Position numbers and translations under genes: made by a program
Part shown: positions 1 through 14,686 of the stretch, in pieces
Position numbering within the stretch: position 1 is the first letter of the stretch
Layout: the number at the start of each line of letters is the position of its first letter
Assembly: GCA_951406725.2 (NCBI GenBank)
Contig: OX597822.1
Span: forward strand, 65,348,001-65,412,000
Direction of reading: 5' to 3'
DNA from: Octopus vulgaris
Lineage: Eukaryota
DNA: 64,000 nt
Notes under the pieces: model-generated
Database searches by the model: none
What the model saw: the letters and a program-made list of their open reading frames with translations, nothing else
Told to the model about the DNA's origin: nothing

Positions 1-11
1 TATATGTATGC

Positions 12-101
<90 letters not shown>

Positions 102-110
102 GTATGCATG

Positions 111-142
<32 letters not shown>

Positions 143-301
143 TATATGTATATATACATGTATGTATATATATATATATATATACATATTACTAGTAGAT
201 AATATCTATCTATCTTTATATATATATATATATATAAATATATATATATATCTTTATATATATATATTCTTTTGCTTTTCCATTTTTCACTCCTGCTGTT
301 G

Positions 302-373
<72 letters not shown>

Positions 374-400
374 GATATATTTATTTATTTATATATATAA
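1..400. repeat. (TA)n microsatellite cluster
   Basis: Direct inspection. One of dozens of TA, AAT, TATG, GATA, CA, GAT and GTT tracts in the window. Confidence 0.95.
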
Positions 401-721
401 TCAACAGCAGGAGTGAAAAATGGAAAAGCAAAAATAAATATTTTTAGCATACTTTTGCACAGTCAAGTCAGACATGAACTTTAACAACGACGACGACGGT
501 GACGATAACAATATTACAATATTAATCACAACAGCGAATACTGAAATCCTATGCCTTTTTTGATCATAAAATCTGTTAGTTCATGTCTGACCCGAGGCTA
601 AGCGACAACAATAAAAACACCAAGTATCGTAACTGAAGAACTGGATTTCAAACGATTGTCTGTTAGATGAAAACTGACCGAAAGCAAAACAAAACCAACA
701 AATTCTGTTGACTGTACATCA

Positions 722-722
<1 letters not shown>

Positions 723-814
<92 letters not shown>

Positions 815-816
815 TG

Positions 817-856
<40 letters not shown>

Positions 857-858
857 TG

Positions 859-910
<52 letters not shown>

Positions 911-930
911 TAATAATAATAATAACAATA
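723..930. repeat. (AAT)n microsatellite
   Basis: Direct inspection. Confidence 0.95.
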
Positions 931-1244
931 GCAATACTAAAATTGCTAACGTTTGTTGATCACTGGTTTGCTTGGTAAGGGTTAAACGACCTGCAGTTAA
1001 ACGGAAATAACATCGATATGCATAATAGCAGCGAATAGTGTGCTTTTAATGTCTCGGGTTAAACTCCAATCAAAGCTATGATAATATTATCAACACCATC
1101 AATATTTGAGTTTCAAATGCCATCTCTCGATATGCTAGGGATAATAGGAAAATGCACGCAACTATTTAAATTAAGACGTAGGAAGGAACTCTAATTTCAA
1201 TATTAAACTCAACATGTTTGAATAAAATGTGGATATTTGCGGCT

Positions 1245-1530
1245 TTGTCAACTGCTCCAGAGCGTGGGCTGCAGGGTCACTCCGAAAAGCTCTATCTATG
1301 ACGATTTTTATCTCAATCGAAGGAGAGGGGCTTTCTCCGTCCGGGTTGCGGATCTGTGGAATAAGCTGCCGCCCGAGATAGATGCCGAATACCGCTCGGT
1401 TCAAAGTCTCTTTTGACCAGAAATGGCCTGAACTCTTTGTATGACCACCCTCCCTGTACATGACTCCCTGTCCCCCTACATGGCCTTGCTTTTGCTTTTT
1501 GAGGCAATAAAAATTGATTTGAATTGAATA
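1245..1530 (+). mobile_element. CR1-like LINE 3' fragment
   Basis: Disrupted GHSEKLY...RRGAFSVRVADLWNKLPPEI...FKVSFDQKW, followed by AATAAA and an (ATTGA)-like tail. Confidence 0.7.
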
Positions 1531-2515
1531 AGTTTTCTTGATCTGTTCAGGTGTGGGTTTCACACTTATATAGAAGATTTCACACTTATATATAATCAAA
1601 ATTGAGGAAACAACAGATTTCACAATACAGGTTTATGACAGAATTCACACTTTTAGCCATCTCAGAATATAAACACTGTTAAATCCACTTCCGTTGACGG
1701 GCACTTGATATTTAAGATAAAATGTTAACACTTCCGGAATGCAAATTAGTAGGTCCAGCTTTCCCTAGCCCTTCTTTCTTTGGGATTGGTCAGAATGATA
1801 CAGAAGCCTCTGATGAGAGCACAATAATATTCGAAAACCAATTAATGTCGTTCGTCATGTTTTTCAATCTAGGAAGAATCAGTTAAATTTATTCTTTTTA
1901 TAAATATACTATATACACAGCAGATGTACTTATATTTGTGTCTGTGTATATGTGTGTGTATATGTATGCATACACACATACACACATCACACTCAGACAT
2001 ATATATACTGCCACTTACAGGATTACGAGTTACCCGTTCCACTAAAAGCCGGCTAGTTATTCTACTACTAACTACTAACCAGTAACAATCGGAAGGAAGC
2101 GATATAGCATCACCATTTGATATAACAGATATATGTGAACTTCCAGAACTGATATTATAGCAGATTAATGTAATTTATTTGAATTTAAAAAAAAATTATA
2201 ATGCAACATGACTAAATCATCATCTTAAAACAATTGAAACCGGTAGAATCTTATTTAGTTAAAAACGCGATAGTTTCTTTTTTCCATAATAAAGTTCTCA
2301 AAGCAGCTTCTTGTTATATATACATATTTATTTCCGGATATTACAGGCTACCATTAGTTTCATACTAAGGAAGATATCTCTTAGCAGTTATGACACCTGT
2401 CACAGGGGTCGTTGCAGTTCGCAGTTCGCATCTATCTCCTATGAAACTATGATGGATAAAATAAAAATATTTATCCTCTAATGCGGCGTTGGGTACTCAT
2501 TCTCACTGATGAATG

Positions 2516-2592
<77 letters not shown>

Positions 2593-2609
2593 CATACATA
2601 CATATATAT

Positions 2610-2700
<91 letters not shown>

Positions 2701-3422
2701 CATGCATATAAGTATGTATGTAAGTGTCTGTTTGTGTGTGTATGCATTGTATATACTTACATCTATACATGTTTAGGATTTCTAAGTTGGTCGCAAATAT
2801 GTTTTTCTCTGCCACATTTTGTTATTTCTCGTTACATTTGACATTCTTAATGGTATAGGATTTCTCTTCCTTCTGTTTTTGAACGATTATTTTGTGCGCA
2901 TAAAATATAACAGAAGTTATTGTTTTACAAGTCTTTCATTACAGAACAAATTTAACCAGCTCTGTATCTTTAGTAATAAGCATTTGTTTGTGTGCACGTT
3001 GGTGTATGTGTGTTTGTGTATGTGTATATGTGTCTTTATCGGCCGTAATATTTGAGAAATGTCACTCGTCATCTTTTCATTTTTATTTCGGTGACAGGCG
3101 GTGGGATTTGAACTCAGGATGCACAGACTCCGAACGGATACCCTAATGCATCCTGTCCGACGCTTAAGCAATTTGAGTGTCGTAATTTATTTATCGACCC
3201 TGAAAGAATACAAGCCAAAGTTTTGTGAACAGACAGTAATGTACATCGTGTTTAGTGCTTACATTGTCCCTTTTTTCAACACCACAAATTCAGCCCTGCT
3301 AATATTTGACTTTGGAATGTAAAAGGATGTAACTAAACCCCAGAAGTCACTTAATCCGGCATTCTAGTGATTTTGCTATCTGATAGAAATATGTAATGTA
3401 GTCTATATTCTTTTATTCGTTT

Positions 3423-3815
3423 ATTCTTTTACTTGTTTCAGTCATTTGATTTTGGCCATGCTAGGGCACCGCTATCGAGCAAATCGATCCCAGGTCTTAT
3501 TCTCTGTAAGCCTAGTACTCATTCTATTGGCTTCTCTTGCCGAACTGCTAAGTGAGGGGGACGTAAACACACCAGTATCGGTTGTTAAGCGGTGTTGAGG
3601 GAGACAAACACAGACACACAAACATATACGTAAATATTTTTATATATATATACGGCGGACTTCTTTCAGTTTCCTTCTACCAAATCCACTCAGAAGGTTT
3701 TGGTCGGCCCGAGGCGATAGTAGAAGACACCTGCCCAATGTACCACGCAGTGGGACTAACCCGGAACCATGTTATTGGTAAGCATGCTACTTACTGCACA
3801 GCCACTCCTGCGCCT
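3423..3815 (-). mobile_element. tRNA-derived SINE family 1 with internal microsatellite
   Basis: Minus-strand head aggcgcaggagtggctgtg..ggttccgggtt(c)agtccc with A/B-box-like motifs. Many copies in the window. Confidence 0.85.
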
Positions 3816-5393
3816 ATATGGCTACAAATTTATAAGACAGTTCTATTAATGGAATGTCAGCATATTATATTAACATTTGGAAAGAAAATTGTTTATACCG
3901 ACCTTAGCTGGTTTTGAACACACAACAGTGATAGAAATACAAAATGCTATAAATGATTTTATACTCTCTCTCTCTCTCTCTCTCTCTGGTTGTCTTTCTC
4001 TGTCTCTGTCTCTCTCCACCACTTTTCATTTTGGTAGTTAGTCGTCATCTTCTTTCAGAAATGCAGGACTTGGAGCATAGTTCTCTAATAATTCACGAAG
4101 GCGGTATAATACAACGAAAATGTATTCTATAGCTTACTAGGCAACAGGAATAAAACTGAATAATTTTAGACTAAAAGTTGGAAAAATAAAAAAAATAAAA
4201 ACTACAAGCAAAAACATAACTATTATAGGAACAAAGTCTGTAACACGAAGAGAATGATGAAAACGTTTTAACTGCGACCAAGACTACTGCAAAGTTAGTG
4301 GAAATATGTAATATTAAAATCAATGGCTAAATGTTAACATTATTGTTAATAGCATAATTGATTGTAGATTATTAGCAATAGATATGTCAGTTTCAGAAGC
4401 AACAACAGCAACAACAACCACATCTGCTGATCTATATAACCACATAAACGGTAGCAACTTGAGCATTGAGAATAAATTATACGTGGAAATAAAAATCTAA
4501 CATTAATGATGGTTTCAATACCAAACAGTGTTAATAACACGAACAGGCGAGGAATGAATACGCAGTGAATGATTTGCACTTAACGCTAGGTATAATAACA
4601 ATAACAAGAGTAGCAACAACAACGATAATGGAAATTACAACATTTATTATAACATCAAAGAGGGAGAAATATAATGTAGAAAGTTACTTGATATATTAAC
4701 TTTAATTATATTAATAATAACAATTGCTCTGTATGCTTACACCGAATTAAATCTATTAACGAACATTTACAATTCATTTGAATAATGATATATCGAAGAG
4801 GGATAATTGAACTAAACGATACAAATGTTAACAAATACTTCAGCAATCTCTGTGTGTGTGTATGTATAGATACATACATAGTGTATAAATGATATGGTGT
4901 ACAAATTGCTATTGATAAGAGATCACAGGCTTGGTTATGCAGTTTCTTGTTGCGGACATTATTCAGCTGCTATACAATAAAAGATCTCAGCAATCAGTCC
5001 AATTGAATTGCTTTCGACTCAGCGTATATTCACTTCAATGCTTCTTTTTTTAATATGAATGAGTTTTGTAGAAAAGGCAACCATCACAATTTCTTGTTTC
5101 TCTTCCACTAATTTTGAGATTTCTTGAACATAACTAAGATTATTCAGACTGAATGATGCAGATAATACAAATATACAAATTCAGCCTATATATATATATA
5201 TATATATAAATAGATGAGTGTATTTTTACCTTGTTAACAATTAACACTTATTTATACCATTTATAAATACCATTAATTAATAATTAATTAATAATTAATA
5301 CCATTTATTCTTTTGAATAGTATCAGTGGAATTTTCGAAACATGTGTCGAAAGTAAAAATACTTGTTTAAACCTGCGTTAACTCCATTTTTTA

Positions 5394-5440
<47 letters not shown>

Positions 5441-5444
<4 letters not shown>

Positions 5445-5628
5445 GATGGATCGGTAGCCACTACACACATTTTTTTCTTTCCTTGTTTTCTTCTCTGTAT
5501 TCCTTTCTGTAGAAGAGCGTAGGCTCGAAACGTAAAAGACTTTTTCTATTCCTGAGCGTTATACTAATACATCTGTTTGTTTTGTACACCACCTGTCTTC
5601 GTCTTTTGTTTTTTTCCGTGAACTCTCT
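5441..5628 (+). mobile_element. ~190-bp (TA)n-embedded element with a hammerhead-like motif (PLE 3' end-like)
   Basis: cttt-CTGTAGA-a-gagc(gtag)gctc-GAAA-cg-TA-aaag at 5503-5538. Second copy at 37826-37990. TA runs on both sides. Confidence 0.65.
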
Positions 5629-5900
5629 TATATATATATGTATGTCTGTGTGTGCGTGTTTGTGTGTGTGTGTGCGTGTGTGCGTGTGTGTGTGCATGTG
5701 TGTATGAGTGTGTGCGTGTGTATAAATATTATGCGTATGTATATATATATATATATTAAATGTATATAATATATATCATACTTTAAATGCAAACAAATTA
5801 CTGAAAAATGATGAACTAACCTCAGACAGAATCGAACTCACAAATCCAAGATTTCATGGCTCCTTGCAAATCTGACTGGCCAAACGCTCATCCATCGATG

Positions 5901-5931
<31 letters not shown>

Positions 5932-7289
5932 TGTATGTATGTATGTATGTATGTATGTATGTACGTACGTATGTATGTATGTATGTACGTATGTATGTAT
6001 GTATGTATGTATGTATGTATGTATGTATGTATGTATGTATGTACGTATGTATGTATGTATGTACATATGTATGTATGTATATAGTTTGACTTACACTTTT
6101 ACTTACAGTTAGGCGTCTAGTCCTTACTTCTTAATTCGCACGTTGCAGATGATATTATTTATTGGTTCTGCCCCATATTAGAAACTCACAAATCAATTAC
6201 AGAAAACCTGAAGCAAAAATCGATGGTCAGTGTTTCACTAGTTAAACATAGATTTTCAAAGCTAAAATACTAAATCGGACGACATGGCGAGTTTAAGTCA
6301 GGAATGAGCAGCCTTAATCGAGAAGCGACACACATGAGACACGGTTGCACAAAAAAAGTAATATTTCATTAGCTATGCCACATAAAAAGATTCACGGACC
6401 GTAGGAGGCTCCATTACTGAATATAAATTATGGTTTCATTTTTATAGGACAGTTAAAACATATAAAGTCAATGACACTGAAATTAGTATTTTGTAAGAAC
6501 CGTTGTATTACTGATACGGTGAGGTTCTGAATTTTAGCTTTCATATGTTTTGAATCATTGATACTGAGCTGTTAAAATACTTAACTATTTGAGCTAAAAG
6601 AAAAAAAAAATAATTGAAACACGTAAGTATTGAATACTGAGTCAATAAAATAATAAATCGTTGACATTGGTCGGCAGAAGAACTGAGATTATTGATAGTG
6701 GTCCACACTAAGGTATTGAATCCTTCATTTATTACCGATATATTTGTGATTTATATTTGAGCATTCCTGTATTAATATTTAATCATATATTTGGAGCTGC
6801 TATATTAAATCGTTGATATAGAGACTCTATAGTATTGAAATGTGAATGTATAACCTCTCAAGTATTCAGCCTTCGGCAACTAATTAGAATCAGGTTAAGA
6901 ATATTAATGAATGATTCAATTTTCAAAAGACGACCAGTTGTGCAGGAATAGCTGAGCACCAAATGAAATGCATTTCAATAATTCAGTTTCATCCTTTATC
7001 ATTCTCAGTTATCAATAGAGAATTTTAAAACATTTTATATTCCACTGGGAATTATGAATTAAAGTATCAATAATACAACGGCATCAATGCAGTCGCTTTC
7101 AAATATAACTCTACAAAACATATCTTTTCTGGTAGTCAAAATGAAGCTTTCATTGATTTGAGGTGAAGCAGAGTTGATGTATTCGGTAGTAAGCAATCAT
7201 AGATATTTTTGGTAACTAGTTCTCTAATCCAAACGTCTATAAGTCATCATTGAGATGAAATATTTTCTGCATATTTAATCTTTCTCTTT

Positions 7290-7682
7290 TTTCTTTTACT
7301 TGTTTCAGCCATTTCACTGTGGCCATGCTGGAGCACCGCCTTTAGTCGAGAACATCGACCCCAGGACTTATTCTTTGTAAGCCTAGTACTTATTCTAGCG
7401 GTCTCTTTTTACCAAACCGCTAAGCTACGGGGACGTAAACATACCAGCATCGGTTGTCAAGTGATGTTGGAGGGACAAACACACAAACATATATACGCAC
7501 ATACATATACATATATACGACGGGCTTCTTCCAATTTCCGTCTACCAAATCCACTCACAAGACTTTGGTCAGCCCGGGGCTATAGTAGAAGACACTTGCC
7601 CAAGGTGTCACGCAATGGGACTGAACTCGGAACCATGTGGTTGGTAAGCAAGCTACTTACCACACGGCTACTGCTACGCCTA
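7290..7682 (-). mobile_element. SINE family 1
   Basis: Colinear with 3423-3815. Confidence 0.85.
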
Positions 7683-8153
7683 CGTTAAAATGTTAATGTT
7701 AAAACTATAACAGGAATTTACGATGACTAGTTCAAGTTAAGTAGATATAATCATATGAGACATTAACTATTAATATAAGTTACTGAAACACTGATGGTAT
7801 TGGGTGAACTTAGGATGGTAGTTAAATAAACAACTGACTGCAACAAAGCATATCATCAGTGGTGTTTATCCCCATGTTAGACCATCATTGAGTAAACCAA
7901 TGCGCAATGACATTCCAACCATAACTATTTCATCTCTTTGTTATACATAGAAACTATATAATCCAATACAACCCTCTTCTAATTGATGGTGTGACGTGTG
8001 GTTGAAATTTGATCAATATTTTGTATCAAGTCAGAGTAACACATAAAGGGTTTTCTCTGCATGCTGCTCTGATTTGATAGAAATAAAAATTGATATCGCA
8101 ATGTATATTGCGTTTTGTAGTCCAGCTATTTAACATTAGGCAAATGCTGCTTT

Positions 8154-8436
8154 GTGGAGGCACATGGCCTAGTGTTTAGAGCAGGGGACTCGTGGGTTCG
8201 AATCTCAGACCGGGCGATGTGTGTGTTTATGAGCGAAACACCTAAGCTCCACGCGGCTCCAGCAGAAGGTAATGGCGAACTTCTGCTGACTCTTTCGCCA
8301 CAACTTTCTCTCACTCTTTCCTCCTGCATCCAGCAGCTCACCTCCTATGGACCAGCGTCCCATCCAGGTGGGGAACATATAAGCCAAGGAAACCGGGAAA
8401 CCGGCCCTTATGAGCCAAGCATGACTTGAGAAGGAA
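8154..8436 (+). mobile_element. tRNA-derived SINE family 3 with TSD
   Basis: A box tggcctagtgtt, B box ggttcgaatctc. 13-bp TSD CAAATGCTGCTTT at 8141-8153 and 8437-8449. Confidence 0.85.
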
Positions 8437-9704
8437 CAAATGCTGCTTTAGAATTATTTCTATATATTTTAATTTCTTTGCTTATTTTACGGATATTTTC
8501 ATGACCTATATGATTTATATTGAAGATCGTAATTCTCTATATCGTATACGGGGGTATTCCGATAACCACCTAATGTGTAACTTTAAAGCGAAATTCAATT
8601 TCATTTATTCATTTTATAATTGAAAAACATTTTCGTTTCTGTATAGTTAGCGTTTGTTTTCATTTACGCACATGAAGGATTGATAAGACTTATTCAGAAA
8701 GGCATAAATGTAACTAGAAAAGTGAGTTGTTACATACCTGTCAGTACTCCGTACATGATGGTCAACGATTCCTAATCTGAATAGGGTCTGCGTTTACATA
8801 TTCTTGGAGGACTGGTCTATTATATGTAGTGCTATAAAAACAATTTGCTAAGGACCTTTAAGAAGGAACTACCAGGTCACGTGATTTTGTCCTTCTCAGG
8901 GCTCCTCAATGTCAGCGATATAACAGTCGATTCTCCCTATCAACAATATATAGAATTTCAGTGTTTATTCAGGAACTGATGCCGCAATTCAGGAACTGAG
9001 GCGTATTAAGAAAAATTAATAGGAACGGAAGCAATATTAATATTAAGTTATTTCCTAGACAGGGGCTCCCATATGAAGTCCTGGTGCGTAAAAGCACAAA
9101 CGTTTATATTCTGAGGCTATGTCGTACCGGATGTCGTAAGCAGGAGTTCTAAGCAGGGAGTCCTAAGCAGGGCAATATCGCGGGATCTGGTTGCTCCGGC
9201 GTCCGGAACAGAAGGTTTTCGTCTGTAAACGATATAGAATTTGAGTGCGTTTATGCACCTCGAGTTCATATAAGGGGTCCTGTCAAAGGTTAAGTAATGG
9301 AGAAGTCTGTGTTCTATCACAGCGCCCACGCTAAGTTGGAGATAAATGTTGCTTCTTAATATATAGATATATGTTGTAAAACCGTGAACTGGGAGACTCG
9401 TTAGCCCACTGGGATGCTTAGCGGCATTTCGTCCTTCTTTAATTCTGAGTTCTATTTTCATCTTGGATAATTTTGCCTTTCACCCGTTCGGGATCGATAA
9501 AATAAATACCCGTTGAACATTGGGATCGATGTAATTGATTTAAACCTTTTCAGAAAACTGGTGCCCTTGTGCCAAAATTTGAAACCTATATATATATGTG
9601 TGTGTATGAGTGTGTACGTTTGCGTGCGTGTGTTTGAATGTTTGTATGTCTCTTTATTTCTTCCTCTCTCTCTCTCACACACTCTCTCTCTATATATATT
9701 TTTT

Positions 9705-9896
9705 CTCTTTTACTCTAGTACTTGGTTCAGTGATTTGACTGCGGCCATGCTGGAGCACTGCCTTCAGTCGAGCAAATCGATCCCAGGACTTATTCTTTGG
9801 AAGCCTAGTACTTATTCTATCGGTCTCTTTTGCCGAACCGCTAGGTTACGGGGACGTAAACACACCAGCATCGTTTGTCAAGCGATGTTGGCAGGA

Positions 9897-9987
<91 letters not shown>

Positions 9988-10147
9988 GACGGGCTTCGTT
10001 CAGTTTCCGTCTACCAAATCCACTCACAAGGCTTTGGTCGGCCCGAGGCTGTAGTAAAAGACACTTGCCCAAGGTGCCACGCAGTGGGACTGAACTTGGA
10101 ACCGTATGGTTGGTAAGCAAGCTACTTACCACACAGCGACTCCTGCG
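9705..10147 (-). mobile_element. SINE family 1
   Basis: Colinear, with expanded internal (CA)n(TA)n. Confidence 0.85.
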
Positions 10148-11257
10148 GATATATTATATATATATATATTTGAGGGGGAGGGCTGTCCTCAGTGAAACAT
10201 TTATAAGCTCCTAGCTCTGTGTGTATTGTAAATGAATGTATATGCATGCACCTGAGATTCTATATTTTATCATTCAGCCATTTTCCTTTTTTGTACATTT
10301 TTTGTATTAATATTGATTTTTCTGTTTTTCTCTTGATATTTTTAGTTTTCATCCATCTTTTCGTTACTTTCGGCACACGGTTAATTTTTTTCATTATAAT
10401 AACATTTCTGAAAGTTATTTTTAAAATGACTGCCGACTTCAAACTTTCACCAGCACCGACGATGCTCAGAATACTCGTCATTTATACTGCGCTTTGAAAT
10501 TCAGATCTCAGTTGCATGATAACGGAGAAATCAAGATACTTGGAATAGCAACAAAGTCTAACCGCAGAACCACCTACCTACCTACCTACCTACCTACCTA
10601 CCTACCTACCTACCTACCTACCTACCTACATACATACATACATACATACATACATGCATACATACATACATACATACATACATACATACATACATACATA
10701 CATACATACATACATACATACATACATACATACATACATACATACATACATACATACATACATACATACATACATACACATGTACGTACAGGCATACATA
10801 TATGTGAGTGTTTTTTGTGTCGGAAAGAAATAATAATTAATAAAATGATTATAATAATGATTAATTATGGTGTGTATTAGATGAGAAAAAATAATGTCAA
10901 CGTAGCGAAAAAAGACATAAAAGACCAGCAGAAAAATATTTAAAAATCAGAAATTAAAAAAAAAGACAGGAATCCTAGCATAAATTATAAATAAGACACA
11001 AATAACATCATTTATCATTAATTAATTCAATGACCATAAAAAAAAATTAAAAGCAAAAAAAAAAAAAAAAAAAAAGAAGAAATCCCTCGAAGAAACTAAT
11101 CAGTCGGTAAAAGGAATTAGAAAAAGATTACAAAAAACGTAAGAGGACAAAACTGATCAAAGAAAAACAGATACTAAAAGAAAACAGTTTTCAAGAAAAA
11201 AAATGTGAAAGAAAAATAAAAGGATGACAGCACAAAAAATAAATTGATAGGCACTTA

Positions 11258-11421
11258 TAGGCGCCGAGGTGGCTGTGTGGTAAGTAGCTTGCTCACCAAT
11301 CACATGGTTACGGGTTCAGTACCACTGCGTGGCATCCTGGGCAAGTGTCTTCTACTATAGCTTCGGGCCAACCAAAGCCTTGTGATTGGATTTGGTTGAC
11401 GGAAACTGAAAGAAGCCTGTC

Positions 11422-11481
<60 letters not shown>

Positions 11482-11674
11482 ATGTGTGTGTGTGTGTCCA
11501 ACATCGTTTGGCAATCGATGCTGGTGTGTTTACGTCCTCGTCATCTAGCGATTCGGCAAAAGAAAACGATAGAATAAGTACTTGGCTTACAAAGAGTAAG
11601 TACTGAGGTTGATTTGCTCGTCTGAAGGCTCCATCATGGCCGCAGTCAAATGATTGAAACAAGCAAAAGAATAA
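11258..11674 (+). mobile_element. SINE family 1
   Basis: Reverse-complement copy. Confidence 0.85.
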
Positions 11675-11814
11675 ACCTAAGAGAGATGCTGAGAATAGCG
11701 ATGTAGTTAAGATGTTCGCTTCGTAAGGAGGTGGTTCCAAATTCGGTACTATTGCACGTCTTTGGTTAAGCGATTATTTGAAACTGAAATTAGGGTTAGT
11801 GATAATCCCCTCAT

Positions 11815-11915
11815 ATACATATATACATGAACTACTGAGAAATTTGCAATTACTCTATCCAGATTTCAAGTTCAGGTTTATACCTGTAATTATTGGTGTC
11901 CTGGGATATCCAAGA
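11815..11915 (+). mobile_element. Short R4/Dong-like endonuclease fragment
   Basis: ELLRNLQLLYPDFKFRFIPVIIGVLGY. Confidence 0.5.
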
Positions 11916-12389
11916 CTAAAAAATCTTAGCAGGAGGGCATCCAGGAATCATGACCTGGATGCAACCCTGCCAGCCCCTTTAAAGTGAAACACTTGTCCGA
12001 ATGGGGTTTCTATTCTGAAAACATTTAGCTGTTCATCTCTTTTGAGAGTTTCTTACCCCAATCATGTGATTTGATATCAGTTGACACCTATGGATTCATC
12101 TACCCTTTGACGCGTCATTCCTCGTATCCAAACTTCACCCTAATCATTGGTGGTGTTCAGTCGCCGGAAGCAACAGTAGGCTAATTTAAATGTAATGTTA
12201 CATAGTGCTGTATAGTGCAATATAGTGTGATGTATGTTCACTAATATGGTTCGGTGTTCTGAATATTGTATTGTAAATGCGGTTTAGTGTAGAACGACCA
12301 CCGACCGTTTGTTTTCACTCAGAAATATGTATGGCTTTTCTATTTGGTAGTATAGATTATATTAGGCCAGCGTTTCGCAGCCGGTATCT

Positions 12390-12973
12390 TATTTGTTTAC
12401 TGCCCACAAGGGGCTACACAGAGAGGGGACAAACAAGGACAGACAAACAGATTAAGTCGATTATATCGACCCCACTGCGTAACTAGTACTTATTTAATCG
12501 ACCCCGAAAGGATGAAAAGCAAAGTCGACCTTGGCTGAATTTGAACTCAGAACGTAGCGGCAGACAAAATACTTTACTACCCACAAGGGGCTAAACATAG
12601 AGTAGACAAACAAGGACGGACAAAGGGATTAAGTCGATTACATTAACCCTAGTGCGTAACTGGTACTTGTTTAATCGACCCCGAAAGGATGAAAGGCAAA
12701 GTCGACCTCGGCGGAATTTAAACTCAGAACGTAGCGACAGATAAAATACTTTACTACCCACAAGGGGCTAAACATAGAGAGGACAAACAATGACAGACAA
12801 AGGGATTAAGTCGATTACATTAACCCCAGTGCTTAACTGGTACTTATTTAATCGACCCTGAAAGGATGAAAGGCAAAGTCGACCGCGGCGGAATTTGAAC
12901 TCAGAACGTAGCGGCAGACGAAATAACGCTAAGCATTTCGCCCGGCGTGCTAACGATTCTGCCAGCTCGCCGC
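12390..12973 (-). mobile_element. SINE family 2 (Meta/MESC-like core), tandem trimer
   Basis: Three ~180-bp units containing gagttcaaattcc and gcctttcatcctttcggggtcgat. Only one unit has the head ggcgagctggcagaa. Confidence 0.85.
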
Positions 12974-14402
12974 CAGTATGCCGCGGCGTATTGGTGTGCC
13001 ACGAGATGATGTTAAGTGTGCCACAGTGTAATCTGAGTACAATTATTTCCCCTTTACTTCTAGTTATATTTTTAGTTCAGGTGTGCCTCCGAATTTTGAA
13101 AAGAATGTAAGTGTACTGCAAGTGAAAAAGGTTGTGGAGCACTGTATTAGGCAATATAGTCTCTAATATGCTAAATTTGTGGTATATTAAATATTACTTG
13201 TTAAATGCGGTTTAGAGTAGAACGCTTCTGAATAACGTATATATGTATTATCACCCTTGTTTATTTTATTTATGTAAAGAAATATGATAGTCCTGTGCTG
13301 TAGTGTGAATTACATTTGAGAATATCGTCCTCAGTATTCAAAAATTATGGGCAGACACGAATTTAAACATTGATCTGCCTAGTGTAGTCAGATGCGGAAT
13401 CACACTATAAAAACAGTTAAAAGATGATATTACTTCATCACTTGTCACTTCCTAATGTTTCCCTTTGGTTCACGCAAATTTCATTTCTTTTATTGCTCAC
13501 ATCACGGCGAAGGCAACTGCTTTGAAACTAGAAATTAATCGAACAAATCTCGAGTGAATCAATCAATGAATAAACCCTGCATATAAAGCCTGACCATTTG
13601 AAAACTCAACATGGGCAGAGAATATAACAATAAATAAATATACAGTAGATAAATCTAGCCTTGGTTTTCTGCCATACGTTTGTAATAAAGAAATATAAGC
13701 AGTTGAATCAAACTAGTACATTGCTGATGTTTATTTTAACATCAAATCAATGAAAGACAACATCGCCCCGGGTGGGAATTGAACACCGAACATAAATGTA
13801 GATCATTAAATGTTCAGAGACATTTGTTTCGCCGTTTAAATGTTCCAATCACACTATCAATCTTTCATAACCGACAACGAAATAATAAAACAATGTAATT
13901 ACAATCAGTGCATTTGTTTAATTATAGGGAAGTACGACCATTCCAAAATACATCGCTTGTAACAGTGCAGTGTGTCAAACTAGAAAGTGAAGGTCTCTCA
14001 TTTTATGGTAATGTCTAAACTGAAATGGTAAATGTATGTTTGTTGTCAATAGATTGTTAATATAATGGTTTGCGAAACGTGAGGTATTATTGAATAACTT
14101 CAGAATAATTTAGAAATCATCCTTGTTTACTGTTGTATAAAACATATTCTATTTTTCTCTTAAAAGTAATTCTGTTTATATATACCTTTAAAGCTCGGGC
14201 TAAAACAGTTGTGCACTAACTACCAGTAAATAGACAATGCGTAATAAACGTCTGTATTCAGGTTCTGAGTTCAGATTCAGCCACGGTCGACTTTACGTTT
14301 CATCCTTTCTGGATCGATAAAATAAGCACCAGTTGAACACTGGGGTCGATGTAATCGACTCACCCCCCAAAAAATGTCTGCCCTTGTGGAAAAATTTGAA
14401 AC

Positions 14403-14445
<43 letters not shown>

Positions 14446-14606
14446 GGCGTTGCACAGCTTCTAACGCTGGAGATTTACTATAGTGCCAGCTGTTCACTAC
14501 CAGTGAAGTCAGGTAACACCTCTTATTTTTCGAGCACCTTCCGGAGTATTCGAGCGGTGCCAAGCAGTGCTGTTTTCTGCAAGTGCTCCACCCTTATTGC
14601 AGCCCC
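14446..14606 (-). mobile_element. R4/Dong-like LINE 3' end within (TAA)n
   Basis: Minus strand reads VEHLQKTALLGTARILRKVLEK*, the C-terminus of restriction-like-endonuclease LINEs. (TTA)n on both sides. Confidence 0.75.
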
Positions 14607-14625
14607 TGTTTGTTCCACGTACTTC

Positions 14626-14686
<61 letters not shown>

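Noticed and set aside
4-978. Many ORFs such as poly-YI, poly-N, poly-L, YVCM, HT and poly-D/M here and throughout the window
   Set aside because: They are stop-free translations of microsatellites, not genes.
8728-9380. Possible solo LTRs (also ~43190-43505 and ~22900-23460)
   Set aside because: Composition is suggestive only. I could not define paired termini or TSDs.
9513-10214. 233-aa ORF
   Set aside because: It runs through two SINEs and simple repeats on the antisense strand.
12390-12973. Regularly repeated units resembling a CRISPR array
   Set aside because: They are ~180-bp SINE units without unique spacers, with no cas genes, in a eukaryotic context.
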